This document shows, piece by piece, positions 18,569 to 28,028 of a stretch of DNA of 64,000 nt (position 1 is its first letter; the number at the start of each line of letters is the position of its first letter). The notes below the pieces were generated by a model, which worked only from the letters and a program-made list of their open reading frames with translations, had not been told where the DNA came from and did no database searches. The stretch is from Fibrobacteria bacterium (GTDB lineage Bacteria > Fibrobacterota > Fibrobacteria > UBA11236 > JADFYW01), in contig JBNKOC010000016.1 in the NCBI GenBank assembly GCA_050294405.1, forward strand, positions 256,001-320,000. The letters are read 5' to 3'. Made by a program: the position numbers and the translations under genes.

Positions 18569-19675
18569 ATGGTCCATCACATACCCCTCGCAAACCCCGA
18601 TATAAAGGCCTTAGCGGGGGGTATTCCCAAATCTTTTCAATTGGGAAGCCTTAATATTTACCCCAATGTATTGCTTTCTTCCATGCATGGGGTAACGGAT
18701 TTGTCTTTTCGTCGCTTGATAACATATATAACAGGCGGACGCACCGGCACTTTGGTGACGGAGTTTATTTCCGCTTCGGAGCTTTTGAAAAAAAATCCCA
18801 AGTCGCTGGAACAGATGCGTTTTGACAGCAATCAAAAACCTTTTGGCATCCAAATTTATGGCGGGGAGCCCGATGAGATGTATGGAGCGGCTCAAATGGC
18901 AGAAGCCGCGGGGGCCGATTATGTGGAAATCAATTCAGGATGTCCTGCACCAAGGGTGGTCCGCAAACAATGCGGCTCTGGGCTGTTAAAAGATTTAAAC
19001 CATTTTCGGGAGGTGGTAGCTTCGGTGGTTAAAGCGGTATCCCTTCCTGTTTCCGTTAAAGTGCGCATCGGCTATTTTAACAGCCAGATAAATGTGTTGG
19101 AGGCTAATCACATAGCCACAGAAGAAGGGGCTAAATGTTTTATTATCCACGGACGAACCCGGGAGCAGGGTTATAAAGGTTTTGCAGATTGGAATGTTAT
19201 TGAAAAAACTGCCCGGCAATCCGGCATTCCGGTGGTGGGCAATGGGGATGTGTTATCCCTGGAAGATGCAGTGGTGCGATTGAACCAGCACGGAGTCCAG
19301 GGAGTGTCTTTGGGCAGGGGAGCTATGCACAATCCCTTTTTATTTTCTCAAGTATTGGATTTGTACGAGGGTAGGGAAGTGGAAGAGCCCAGTTCATCCA
19401 TCTTGAAAGATATGTTTTTAAAATACCACGAGTTTTTATTGGAGGACTTTAAAAAGCCTCAAAAATCTTTGGGTAGGTTAAAACAGTTGGCTGCCCGAGT
19501 TTTAAAAGGTTTTCCCCAATGTATAGAGCCCCGCAACCAGGTTTTGCGTTCCGAATCGGTAGAGAACTTCTTCAGCCGGTTGGATGATTTTTTTGCCAAT
19601 TATCCTGTCGATGTAAAGCGGGCCTTGCAGGAAATAAAAAACCTAAATGGCCGCCCTACTAATGAAGTGGAGTAA
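18569..19675 (+). CDS. tRNA-dihydrouridine synthase (DusB/DusC-like)
   Basis: INSGCP, SVKVRIG, IHGRT, VVGNGDV, GRGA..NPF. Confidence 0.88.
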   Translation: MVHHIPLANPDIKALAGGIPKSFQLGSLNIYPNVLLSSMHGVTDLSFRRLITYITGGRTGTLVTEFISASELLKKNPKSLEQMRFDSNQKPFGIQIYGGEPDEMYGAAQMAEAAGADYVEINSGCPAPRVVRKQCGSGLLKDLNHFREVVASVVKAVSLPVSVKVRIGYFNSQINVLEANHIATEEGAKCFIIHGRTREQGYKGFADWNVIEKTARQSGIPVVGNGDVLSLEDAVVRLNQHGVQGVSLGRGAMHNPFLFSQVLDLYEGREVEEPSSSILKDMFLKYHEFLLEDFKKPQKSLGRLKQLAARVLKGFPQCIEPRNQVLRSESVENFFSRLDDFFANYPVDVKRALQEIKNLNGRPTNEVE

Positions 19676-19838
19676 GGAGTCTGTCCGATTTAACATTCGC
19701 ACTACGGCTGGCTGCAAAATCATAGCTCGGCGTTGTTCTTTTTCGACGTAATTCGCCTTATTAGGTCCGCAAAACTCGCCTTGATCTGCGATTTTTCGCT
19801 CAGCCTCGCTATGCAAAGCTTAAATCCGACAGGCTCCT
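19675..19838. repeat. Palindromic MITE/ERIC-like element
   Basis: 17/19-bp terminal inverted repeat AGGAGTCTGTCCGATTTAA / TTAAATCCGACAGGCTCCT. Inner GGCGTTG...CGACGTA...CGCCTTG. Left end overlaps the dus stop codon. Confidence 0.8.
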
Positions 19839-19860
19839 AGATAGCCAATATAAAGCCGCT

Positions 19861-19984
19861 TAAAAATGGAGCTTTTTGCCTTTCTCCTGCGTTGAACTCC
19901 TCCTCACAATCCTCATTTATTTAATATAAACTCCGGTTGTTCGTCGTCGTCCGCCTTGGATAAAAACAAAAACCTCCATTTTTA
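19861..19984. repeat. ERIC/IRU-like palindromic element
   Basis: 17/18-bp terminal inverted repeat TAAAAATGGAGCTTTTTG / CAAAAACCTCCATTTTTA, 124 bp long. Core TCATTTAT-TTAAT-ATAAACTCC between GCGTTG and CGCCTTG. Confidence 0.8.
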
Positions 19985-20000
19985 GGTATTCTATTTATTT

Positions 20001-20915
20001 TTATTTGGGATTAAACCCGAACAAAAGCCCTGTTACAAAGCTGTTGTGTGTGTTGGCTTGGGCTAAAAAATATGCCCCTGCCTGTTGCATCATTTCAGCT
20101 GCGGTGTACTTAGTTGTTTCCGCTGCCTCGTCCACCCCTACCAAAGCAGAGCTTGCCGCCTCGTAGTTACTGGCTTTGTTCGTAAGAGAGTTTTGCCGTC
20201 CTTCCAGCAATGTTATGGTATTGGATATGCGAGCTAAGTTTCTATCTAATTGAGCAAGCCCGGAAGCGCTGCTATCATCAGGGCGGGTGCCCTCAATGGC
20301 GTCGTGGAAATTTTGAGCCGAGGCTCTTTCCGCGGCATCGCCTCCTCCGCTGCCTTCCCAAACTCCGGTGGCTGTGCTGTAGTCATCGCCCCCGTCGTTA
20401 CCCAGGTTAAGACCTGTGGCATTTCCAAATGTGGTATCAAATAAGTCGTAACTTATGGTGTCGCTGGTGTTTTCATCCACCTGGACCGTAAATGTCTGGG
20501 CTGCATTTAACAGGTTATCCCCATTAAAATTAAAACTGCTCACCAGTGTATCGATTTGTCCTTTGATTTCATCGAATTCATCGGCATATATGGCCCTTAG
20601 CGTATCATCATCGGTATTGGCCGCATCATCGGCTAATTCGCTTTGCTGTTCCAGAAGACTGCGGATTTCCGTTAGACTATCTCTGGCTGTTTTTAAAGCA
20701 TTGATGTTATCATCCAATTCGCTTGCCAGGTTGCGGGTTGTTTCCGCCCGGCGCGTTAAGCTTTGAGCTACAAAATAAGCACCGGGATCGTCGCTTGGGG
20801 ATTGGACCCGAAGCCCCGATGTTAGCTTAGACAGTGAATCGTTGAGTTGCCCCTGATTGGAGCGCAAAAATTCCCCTAGTATGAAATAGGGATTATTCTG
20901 TATATGGGAAATCAT
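20001..20915 (-). CDS. Divergent flagellin-family protein
   Basis: SLSKLTSGLRVQSPSDDPG, FNGDNLL, C-terminal SALVGVDEAAETTKYT..MMQQAGAYFLAQAN. Confidence 0.88.
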   Translation of the reverse strand: MISHIQNNPYFILGEFLRSNQGQLNDSLSKLTSGLRVQSPSDDPGAYFVAQSLTRRAETTRNLASELDDNINALKTARDSLTEIRSLLEQQSELADDAANTDDDTLRAIYADEFDEIKGQIDTLVSSFNFNGDNLLNAAQTFTVQVDENTSDTISYDLFDTTFGNATGLNLGNDGGDDYSTATGVWEGSGGGDAAERASAQNFHDAIEGTRPDDSSASGLAQLDRNLARISNTITLLEGRQNSLTNKASNYEAASSALVGVDEAAETTKYTAAEMMQQAGAYFLAQANTHNSFVTGLLFGFNPK

Positions 20916-21053
20916 ATCGACCTTCCTTGTTATGTGTTTCGTCCCTGTTTTGGAAGGTCTGGCGCAAAGCCATTCCTTCTCTCTAATCGCAAGGGTACGT
21001 GTAGCAGAAAAGGTTTATTCCCCAATGAACCGAATCTACTATACCCTTTATTT

Positions 21054-21080
21054 TTATCGGAAGGATTTTGAAAAACTTTA
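21054..21080 (-). promoter_or_regulatory. Sigma28 (FliA) promoter of the flagellin gene
   Basis: Minus strand TAAA-N15-TCCGATAA, near-consensus, about 140 nt upstream of the ATG. Confidence 0.8.
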
Positions 21081-21308
21081 GCACTTTTTTTTAAAAAAAT
21101 TTAAAAGTGAAAAAAAGGGCTTATTTTCGCTTAAATCAAAATATTTTTAGTTTTTTTAGAGGGTCTAAACCCTGAAGCTAAAGTTGCTGATTGCTGTGGA
21201 TAAGTGCAAATTTAAAGGTAAAAACGAGCCAAAAGCCATTTTTTGGGAAGCTTGTTATTTTTCCTTTTCCAATCTTTCTTATAAACAGATAAAAATCAGT
21301 AGCTGAAT

Positions 21309-22322
21309 TTGATGCCGGTAAAAAAAATAAACAGAAGATTTATGGTAGCTCCCATGATGGAGTACACAGACCGCCATTGTCGCTATGTAATGCGTATGTT
21401 ATCTAAGCATTCGGTTTTGTATACGGAAATGGTGACGGTGCCGGCCATATTACGGGGGGATTTGGACAAATTGCTGGGCAAAGACAGCTCAGAGAACCCC
21501 GTGGTGTGCCAAATCGGGGGCAGCGACCCCAAGGATATGGCTCTTTGCGCAAAACCCATTGAAGATTTTGGTTACGATGAAATTAACATCAACGTAGGTT
21601 GCCCCTCGGATAGGGTGCAAAATGGCGACTTCGGGGTATGTTTGATGAAAAATCCGGAGAGGGTGGCCGAATGCGTGGCTGCTTTAAAGAAAGGCACAAA
21701 GCTTCCCGTTAGTGTGAAAACCCGTATTGGCGTGGATAATGAAGACAGCTATCCCTTTTTAAAAAAGTTCACACAATGTATCGTAGATGCCGGAGTAGAC
21801 CAACTCACTATACATGCCCGTAAAGCCTGGCTTAAGGGTTTGAGTCCCAAAGAAAACCGGGAAGTGCCGCCCCTTGATTACAACCGGGTTTATCAGTTAA
21901 AAGAGGATTTTCCCCAGTTGGAAATGGCTATTAACGGCGGTATAAAAAGTTTTGAAGAAATAGAAGGCCACTTGCATAAACTCGAAGGGGTGATGTTAGG
22001 AAGGCATGCTTACGACAATATGTATATGCTTGCTCAAGTGGATAACTTGTTATATGGAGAAAATTCTGAAACTCCAAGTCGGGCCCGAATACTGGAAGAT
22101 TTCATCCCCTATTTCGAGGAACAGACTGCTTTGGGAGTTAAGCCCCACTGGCTTTTGCGCCATGTATCTAATCTTTTTTACCATGTTCCCGGAGCCCGCA
22201 AAATAAGGGGCAGCCTGGCCAATTGCCGGGAAGCCAGCCAAGGCAAAAAGACGCTTTTGGAGCTGGCCAGTTACTTAAGGGAAAAAGGCGAAGTTAGGCG
22301 GCCTTTGCAGCAAACACTTTAA
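21309..22322 (+). CDS. dusA: tRNA-dihydrouridine(20/20a) synthase
   Basis: VAPMMEYTDRHCRY, NVGCPSDRVQ, HARKAWLKGLSPKENREVPPLDY. Confidence 0.95.
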   Translation: MMPVKKINRRFMVAPMMEYTDRHCRYVMRMLSKHSVLYTEMVTVPAILRGDLDKLLGKDSSENPVVCQIGGSDPKDMALCAKPIEDFGYDEININVGCPSDRVQNGDFGVCLMKNPERVAECVAALKKGTKLPVSVKTRIGVDNEDSYPFLKKFTQCIVDAGVDQLTIHARKAWLKGLSPKENREVPPLDYNRVYQLKEDFPQLEMAINGGIKSFEEIEGHLHKLEGVMLGRHAYDNMYMLAQVDNLLYGENSETPSRARILEDFIPYFEEQTALGVKPHWLLRHVSNLFYHVPGARKIRGSLANCREASQGKKTLLELASYLREKGEVRRPLQQTL

Positions 22323-22554
22323 AACCCGTTTGTTCTTCGGCCACAGGTTCTTTATTGCGCTCGATTTTGGTTATAACCCAATTTCCATCCTTCACGCAAA
22401 CCTCCGTTAAAATACTCTTGGCTCCCCAATAGTCTATGTTTTCGCAGAAAGAAAAACGGAAGCCCTCCACTTCGGCTAATTTCAAATTTTGGGCGGCAAG
22501 GTATTCTTCCGACTTCGCTATTAAATCTTTAGGTTGGAAATGTTCACAAGGCAT
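22294..22554 (-). CDS. Small hypothetical protein; overlaps the dusA 3' end
   Basis: About 86-aa protein-like ORF occupying the gap between dusA and the RsmB-family gene. Confidence 0.55.
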   Translation of the reverse strand: MPCEHFQPKDLIAKSEEYLAAQNLKLAEVEGFRFSFCENIDYWGAKSILTEVCVKDGNWVITKIERNKEPVAEEQTGFKVFAAKAA

Positions 22555-22643
22555 ACAGGGAATATACAATTTTTAGGGGGATGTGCTAATTTGATCTGCC
22601 TGCTTTGCGAATTGTGTCTGGTGTTTTTATCTTCCTGTTAAGA

Positions 22644-23432
22644 ATGGGAAAAAAAACATCTAAGTTAATGGGCCCGGAAGGTTTTGAATCTTTTTACCTG
22701 GGCCATTTGGGGGGACGCTGGGAGTCTCTCAAAAATTCCTTTGGGAAGGATACACAGTACAGCAAAGTTGAGTTTGAGGGGATGGCTCCCTATTTTTTGG
22801 ATAAAGCGTCTTTTTTAGCGGCAAACCAATTGGAATTGAAAAAAGACGAAAACTTTTTGGATATGTGTTCTGCCCCTGGGGGAAAAGCCCTTTGCCTTTT
22901 ACAACGCTATGGGAAAGACGTTCATTTTTTATTGAATGATGTTTCTAACACAAGGCGCCTTAGGTTGCTAAAGGTTTTAAAAGAACATGTGCCTTTAAAT
23001 TTTCGGGAACATGTTAAACTCTCCGGTCAGGATGGGAAAAAGCCCTATGCTTTTGGAAACGAGGGCTTTGATAAAATTTTGCTGGATGCGCCTTGCAGTT
23101 CGGAACGCCATGTATGGCAAGCTCCCAAACATTTAAAAGAATGGAGTTCCAGCCGGGCCCAAAGACTGGCTAAAGAACAATGGGGCCTTATAAAAACGGC
23201 CCTAAAAATTTTAAAACCAGGTGGGCATTTACTCTACAGTACTTGCGCTTTAAATCCCGCAGAAAATGATGGGATTATTGAAAAAGCCAAAGAAAGGTTT
23301 TCTCTGCAAATTGAAGTGGAAAAAATAACCCTGGAAGAGGGGGAGGCCACAACACATGGCTGGCAAATATGGCCAGATGTATGTGAAGGTATGGGGCCTA
23401 TTTATATGGCCCGCATTTTTAAATCAGCCTAA
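22644..23432 (+). CDS. RsmB/NOP2/NSUN-family RNA m5C methyltransferase; ATG at 22644 preferred
   Basis: LDMCSAPGGK, ILLDAPCS, LYSTCALNPAEN. Confidence 0.9.
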   Translation: MGKKTSKLMGPEGFESFYLGHLGGRWESLKNSFGKDTQYSKVEFEGMAPYFLDKASFLAANQLELKKDENFLDMCSAPGGKALCLLQRYGKDVHFLLNDVSNTRRLRLLKVLKEHVPLNFREHVKLSGQDGKKPYAFGNEGFDKILLDAPCSSERHVWQAPKHLKEWSSSRAQRLAKEQWGLIKTALKILKPGGHLLYSTCALNPAENDGIIEKAKERFSLQIEVEKITLEEGEATTHGWQIWPDVCEGMGPIYMARIFKSA

Positions 23433-23457
23433 TGCCGCGATCCCAATTTTTAAAGGC

Positions 23458-24789
23458 TTAAAAATTTTCGCTGCTTTTTGCCGGGCTGCGTCCAGTGGCT
23501 CTATAGAAACCCCAAAGTAGGGGTAAAAGTGAGCTTAGAGTAAGGTAAAGCACCAGCCTTAACAAACGGCCTAAAGGGCCGGGAACTTTTAAACTGTGGA
23601 TGGAATCCATAAATTTCTTGCCGTAATATACAGGCAGAATTTGGCTTAAAATGTTGGCCAGGGGAAATTCTTTCCAGTTAAACTCTTTTCCGGGAAGGCC
23701 GAATAAAAAAGTGAACTTGGGGTATTTTTCAAAAACCCAATGGATAATATATCCGCCAGAATAGGTTCCTCCTACCACTATGACCACCCTTCGGAACATA
23801 TCAAATAAGTTGTTTTCGGGAAACTGGTGATCTGCCCAGCGCAAAAAGTGGGTGTGGCACAGATAGGCGAAAAAGGTATAGGGCGCAATATGGGTGAAAA
23901 TAATACGGGAGTATTTTAAGGAATAAAATTCGCGGTTTAAAAAATGCCTGGACTTGGTGTATAACATAAGGCTGGCCATGCAAAATAGAACCACGGACCA
24001 GCGGTTAAAATGGTCCACATAGTAAATAGGCTTTTTTTGCTCTAATACACCCCAGGCAAATTCCATATTTAAAAAAGCAAACAGAAATATCCAGATGGAA
24101 ACAGCTTGTTTAAAACTATACCTGTCTACTAATTTCTGAAACCTGTCGAAGTTTGCCGCCACATAGACACCCGCAAAGCAGTAAAGCCAGTAAAAAACTA
24201 GAGCATTGTGGTGGAGCTTGGGGAGGGAAAGCCCCATCCAATGCAAATAAGTTTCCACGGGAGACATGAAACACAAATGCAACAATAAGGAACCCCACAA
24301 CAAAAGGCTGGAATTTTTGAATCGATATATAAAGGGGTAAATGAGATAAAATTGGAAAATGACAATTAAAAAGTAAAGTTGGTAGTCAAAGCCTGTAAAA
24401 AAGAAGAACTGGAATAAATCCCAAAAACTTCCCAGAGCATTTCCTGACCAATCAAGCTTTTCTATGTATCCCACGTGGCGGTAGGTTACAATGAGGGACA
24501 GGAATATAAAGGGCAGCATAATTTTTTTTAAGCGGAATTTATAATACTGCTTTAAGGGGTATTGTTTTTTCTCAAATTGTAGAGTGAGGCCATAACCCGA
24601 TAGAAACAAAAACAGGGGAACAGTAAAACGAGTGTATTGATCCACGACACAGCTTAAATATTCCAGTGAAATAATGTTCCGGGTTAGGGCAAAACGCGAC
24701 ACCCAATCATGGACACAGTGTGCTAAAACCACCGAAACAGAGGCCAAAACCCGGAGCATGTCACTGTCATTTTTGTTAAATCGAACCAT
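23458..24789 (-). CDS. Acyltransferase-3 family membrane protein
   Basis: DMLRVLA..VVLAH, RFTVPLFLFLSG, QLYFLIVIFQFYLIYP; about 10 TM helices. Confidence 0.88.
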   Translation of the reverse strand: MVRFNKNDSDMLRVLASVSVVLAHCVHDWVSRFALTRNIISLEYLSCVVDQYTRFTVPLFLFLSGYGLTLQFEKKQYPLKQYYKFRLKKIMLPFIFLSLIVTYRHVGYIEKLDWSGNALGSFWDLFQFFFFTGFDYQLYFLIVIFQFYLIYPFIYRFKNSSLLLWGSLLLHLCFMSPVETYLHWMGLSLPKLHHNALVFYWLYCFAGVYVAANFDRFQKLVDRYSFKQAVSIWIFLFAFLNMEFAWGVLEQKKPIYYVDHFNRWSVVLFCMASLMLYTKSRHFLNREFYSLKYSRIIFTHIAPYTFFAYLCHTHFLRWADHQFPENNLFDMFRRVVIVVGGTYSGGYIIHWVFEKYPKFTFLFGLPGKEFNWKEFPLANILSQILPVYYGKKFMDSIHSLKVPGPLGRLLRLVLYLTLSSLLPLLWGFYRATGRSPAKSSENF

Positions 24790-25310
24790 AATTCCCAGAA
24801 AGCCTAATTTATTTAAAAAAAGAAAATGGCGTTTTTTTTATATAAAAGGCCTTTTTTCCAAAACCAGGAGGTTAATTTATAATTTATTCAGGAAATTTTT
24901 AAAAACATTGAGAAAAAAGGTGAAATATAAAGTATCTTTATAGAGTTAAGTTTCTGAAAGGCTTATTGGTACAATCCAATTCTAATTGAATTAAAAAATT
25001 TCTCTCCCGCTTCTTATCATATGTTTTCCGCTTTAAAAAAATTGCCCTCCCGTATTAACATACCCCTGAAACCTTTGTTTCGCTACTGTTATAGTGGCTT
25101 ATTCCAATAATTTGTTTACAAAGCTTCTTGAAATTAATCTTTTTTATGTATGGGCTAGCCATCTTTAGCAGCCTTGGTTTTTTCATGGAATTTTTTGCCC
25201 TTACTTCTGCTCTTCCCCTTCAAGCGTCATTCAGGTTTCAATAATTATTTAACGATTTTTTGTTCACTAACATTTTATAGGCTAGATTTTTTTACTCAAA
25301 AGGAGGCAAT

Positions 25311-25559
25311 ATGCCAAAAAAACTATACGTCGGAAACATCCCTTGGTCTTGTTCAGAAGAAGACATTAAGGGTTTATTTGAACAATATGGCGAAGTGTCA
25401 AGCGTAGCCATGATTAACGATCGGGTAACCGGACGTCCAAGAGGTTTCTGTTTCGTAGAAATGGAAAACGCAGAAGAAGCCGCTGCAAAACTTAACCAGA
25501 CTGAATTTGGTGGTCGTACCATTAAGGTAAACGAAGCCAGAGAAAGACAAAAAGCTTAA
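25311..25559 (+). CDS. RRM-domain RNA-binding protein
   Basis: RNP2 LYVGNI, RNP1 RGFCFVEM, GRTIKVNEAR. Confidence 0.95.
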   Translation: MPKKLYVGNIPWSCSEEDIKGLFEQYGEVSSVAMINDRVTGRPRGFCFVEMENAEEAAAKLNQTEFGGRTIKVNEARERQKA

Positions 25560-25665
25560 GTTTTCTGCTAATTCAATGCTTAAATGTTATTGTGTTGTTT
25601 CTTTTTGAGGATATGTTAGTGAAATAAATTTATCTCTGATTGCATCCAACCATTGCATAAATTTC

Positions 25666-25699
25666 AGGGTTCCCGTGGCAAAACCTGGGAACCCTTTTT
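25666..25699. terminator. Intrinsic terminator between convergent genes
   Basis: AGGGTTCCC-N12-GGGAACCCT followed by TTTT. Confidence 0.7.
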
Positions 25700-25704
25700 A
25701 AGCA

Positions 25705-27321
25705 TTAAACTGCGGCTAATTCTTCCCGCTTGGATTTCACATCCTTGTCGTCCAGATATTCGTCGTAGGTCATATAACGGTCGATATATCCACTGGGAGT
25801 CAATTCGATAATTCGGTTGGCTGTGGAGTTGATAAACTGATGGTCGTGGCTGGAAAACAAAATGATTCCGTCATATTGAATAAGACCATTGTTCAGGGAA
25901 GTAATGGCTTCCAAATCCAGATGGTTGGTGGGCTCATCTAATACCAACACATTTCCCGCTTCCAACATTATTTTTGAAAGCATACAGCGCACTTTTTCTC
26001 CACCGGAGAGCACCTTGGTTTTTTTCAGGGACTCGTCTCCTGAAAACAACATTCTGCCCAAAAAACCTCTAATGTAAGTGACATCATCAATTTGGGTAAA
26101 CTGGCTGAGCCAATCCAGAATATTCAAATCATTATTAAAAAAGTGAGAGTTGTCCTTGGGAAAGTAACTGGGGGTAATGGTTTCACCCCATTTGAACTCC
26201 CCTTTGTCAGCCTTTTCCTCGCCAGTGATAATATCAAAAAAGGCGGATTTGGCTATATCATTGGAACCCACAAAAGCAATTTTGTCGCCAGGGTTTACGT
26301 TGAGAGTAAAGTCGTTTAAAACCTTTTCGCCATCTATGGTTTTGGACAACCCTTCCGTCTGTAAAATAACCCGGCCAGGTTCTCTTTCCGGTTTAAAGGC
26401 TATATAGGGAAATTTGCGGGAGGTTCTGGGCATTTCTTCCAAGGTAAGCTTTTCCAGCAGTTTTTTTCTGGAGGTGGCTTGTCTGGCTTTCGAGGCATTC
26501 GAAGAAAAGCGTGAAATAAATTTTTTAAGTTCTTCAGCTTTATCGGAGTTCTTTTTGTTAATATCCTTTTGCTGCTTCACATACAATTGGCTCATTTCAT
26601 ACCAAAAGTCGTAGTTGCCAGGAAATACCTTAATTTGCCCGTAGTCAATGTCCGCAATATGTGTACACACCTGGTTTAAAAAATGCCTATCGTGTGAAAC
26701 CACAATCACAACATTTGGAAACCGCATAATAAATTCTTCTAACCATTTAATAGATTGAATATCCAGGTTGTTTGTGGGTTCGTCCAAAAGCAATATATCG
26801 GGATTGGCGAAAAGTGCCTGGCAAAGCAGCACTCTAACTTTTTCACCGGCTTCCAAATCTTTCATCAAGCGATAGTGGTATTCCTCTGTTATGCCCAGAG
26901 CTTTAAGCATGGAAGCGGCTTCGGCTTCGGCTTCGTAACCGTTGACCTCTCCAAACTCTCCTTCAATTTCAGCGGCACGCATACCTTCTTCTTCAGTTAA
27001 GTCTGTTTTACTATAAAGCTCTTCCCGTTCTTTCATCAGTTTAAAAAGCCGCATATGGCCTTTGTACACCGTGTCCAATACGGTGAATTCATCGTAGGCA
27101 AACTGGTTTTGCTCTAGCTTTGCAATGCGCATTTTTTTATCCACCACTATTTCCCCTGTGTTGGGCTCAATTTCCCCCGAAAGGATCTTTAAAAAGGTGG
27201 ATTTGCCCGCGCCGTTGGCGCCAATTATTCCATAGCAATTTCCTTCGGTGAACTTCACATTGACTTCTTTAAATAGATTTTGACTTCCAAAAGCGAGAGA
27301 TACATTACTGGCGACTATCAT
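25705..27321 (-). CDS. ABC-F family ATPase (YbiT/YkpA-like)
   Basis: Two ABC cassettes (GANGAGKST, LLDEPTNNLD, LSGGEK, LDEPTNHLD) and no TM segments. Confidence 0.93.
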   Translation of the reverse strand: MIVASNVSLAFGSQNLFKEVNVKFTEGNCYGIIGANGAGKSTFLKILSGEIEPNTGEIVVDKKMRIAKLEQNQFAYDEFTVLDTVYKGHMRLFKLMKEREELYSKTDLTEEEGMRAAEIEGEFGEVNGYEAEAEAASMLKALGITEEYHYRLMKDLEAGEKVRVLLCQALFANPDILLLDEPTNNLDIQSIKWLEEFIMRFPNVVIVVSHDRHFLNQVCTHIADIDYGQIKVFPGNYDFWYEMSQLYVKQQKDINKKNSDKAEELKKFISRFSSNASKARQATSRKKLLEKLTLEEMPRTSRKFPYIAFKPEREPGRVILQTEGLSKTIDGEKVLNDFTLNVNPGDKIAFVGSNDIAKSAFFDIITGEEKADKGEFKWGETITPSYFPKDNSHFFNNDLNILDWLSQFTQIDDVTYIRGFLGRMLFSGDESLKKTKVLSGGEKVRCMLSKIMLEAGNVLVLDEPTNHLDLEAITSLNNGLIQYDGIILFSSHDHQFINSTANRIIELTPSGYIDRYMTYDEYLDDKDVKSKREELAAV

Positions 27322-27467
27322 AAAAATTCCTGTTTTAATGCTGGTTTAAAACCCTGAGGACCCTAAAAGGAAAAAAAAAATCCCTTTCTTGTCTAATTTT
27401 GAAAGATTTCGCCTCTAAGCCCGCTTTTTATTAGGTTTTGTATTTGGAATTTTGAGTTTTTCAGGAG

Positions 27468-27986
27468 GTGTTTGTGCGGATAAAAATCAAAATTGGGTTG
27501 GTATTTTCGGGGTTGATTTTATTGGCTGCCTGCAATAAAGAGCCCTCTCCCTATTTGGCCTTTGTGGAAGAAATCGAAAAGGCCTCTCTTTTAAGTAATA
27601 TGAAAAGCATTAATCTGAATTTTACGGAAGGCCGCCAGCGGGTTGAGTTTTCTCCTTGTGGAGATTCGGCGGCTTTACCAAAACAAAGTTTTCCACTCCA
27701 AATGGAGTCCGGTTGGAAAATTCCCAAGGACTTTCCCATGGATAAAGATTCCATCCAATTGTATCAGAACAAAATTTCTGAACTTGAAAATATTTTTAAG
27801 GGTTTTTCCTTTAGCTCCCGGCTTTTATCGGCAAATGCCGTGGAAAACTGCGGCCAAAGTTTAATGCTGGGTTTTGTTCCCGGTGAAATTTTAGTCTATT
27901 CCCAAAACAATATGGACAATGTTATTGGTTTTCAATACAAGCGCAGTGTTATTAAGGATGGCTGGGATTTGTATCAACTGAAATAG
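27468..27986 (+). CDS. Hypothetical lipoprotein
   Basis: GTG start after AGGAG; lipobox LAAC. Confidence 0.65.
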   Translation: MFVRIKIKIGLVFSGLILLAACNKEPSPYLAFVEEIEKASLLSNMKSINLNFTEGRQRVEFSPCGDSAALPKQSFPLQMESGWKIPKDFPMDKDSIQLYQNKISELENIFKGFSFSSRLLSANAVENCGQSLMLGFVPGEILVYSQNNMDNVIGFQYKRSVIKDGWDLYQLK

Positions 27987-28028
27987 CCCGAGGTGGCGAT
28001 CATCAATTTTTAGAGACCCCCTATGTAT

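Noticed and set aside
24790..25310. ncRNA or small gene in the 520-bp AT-rich gap
   Set aside because: No convincing stem, RBS-led ORF or known motif; consistent with a divergent promoter region.
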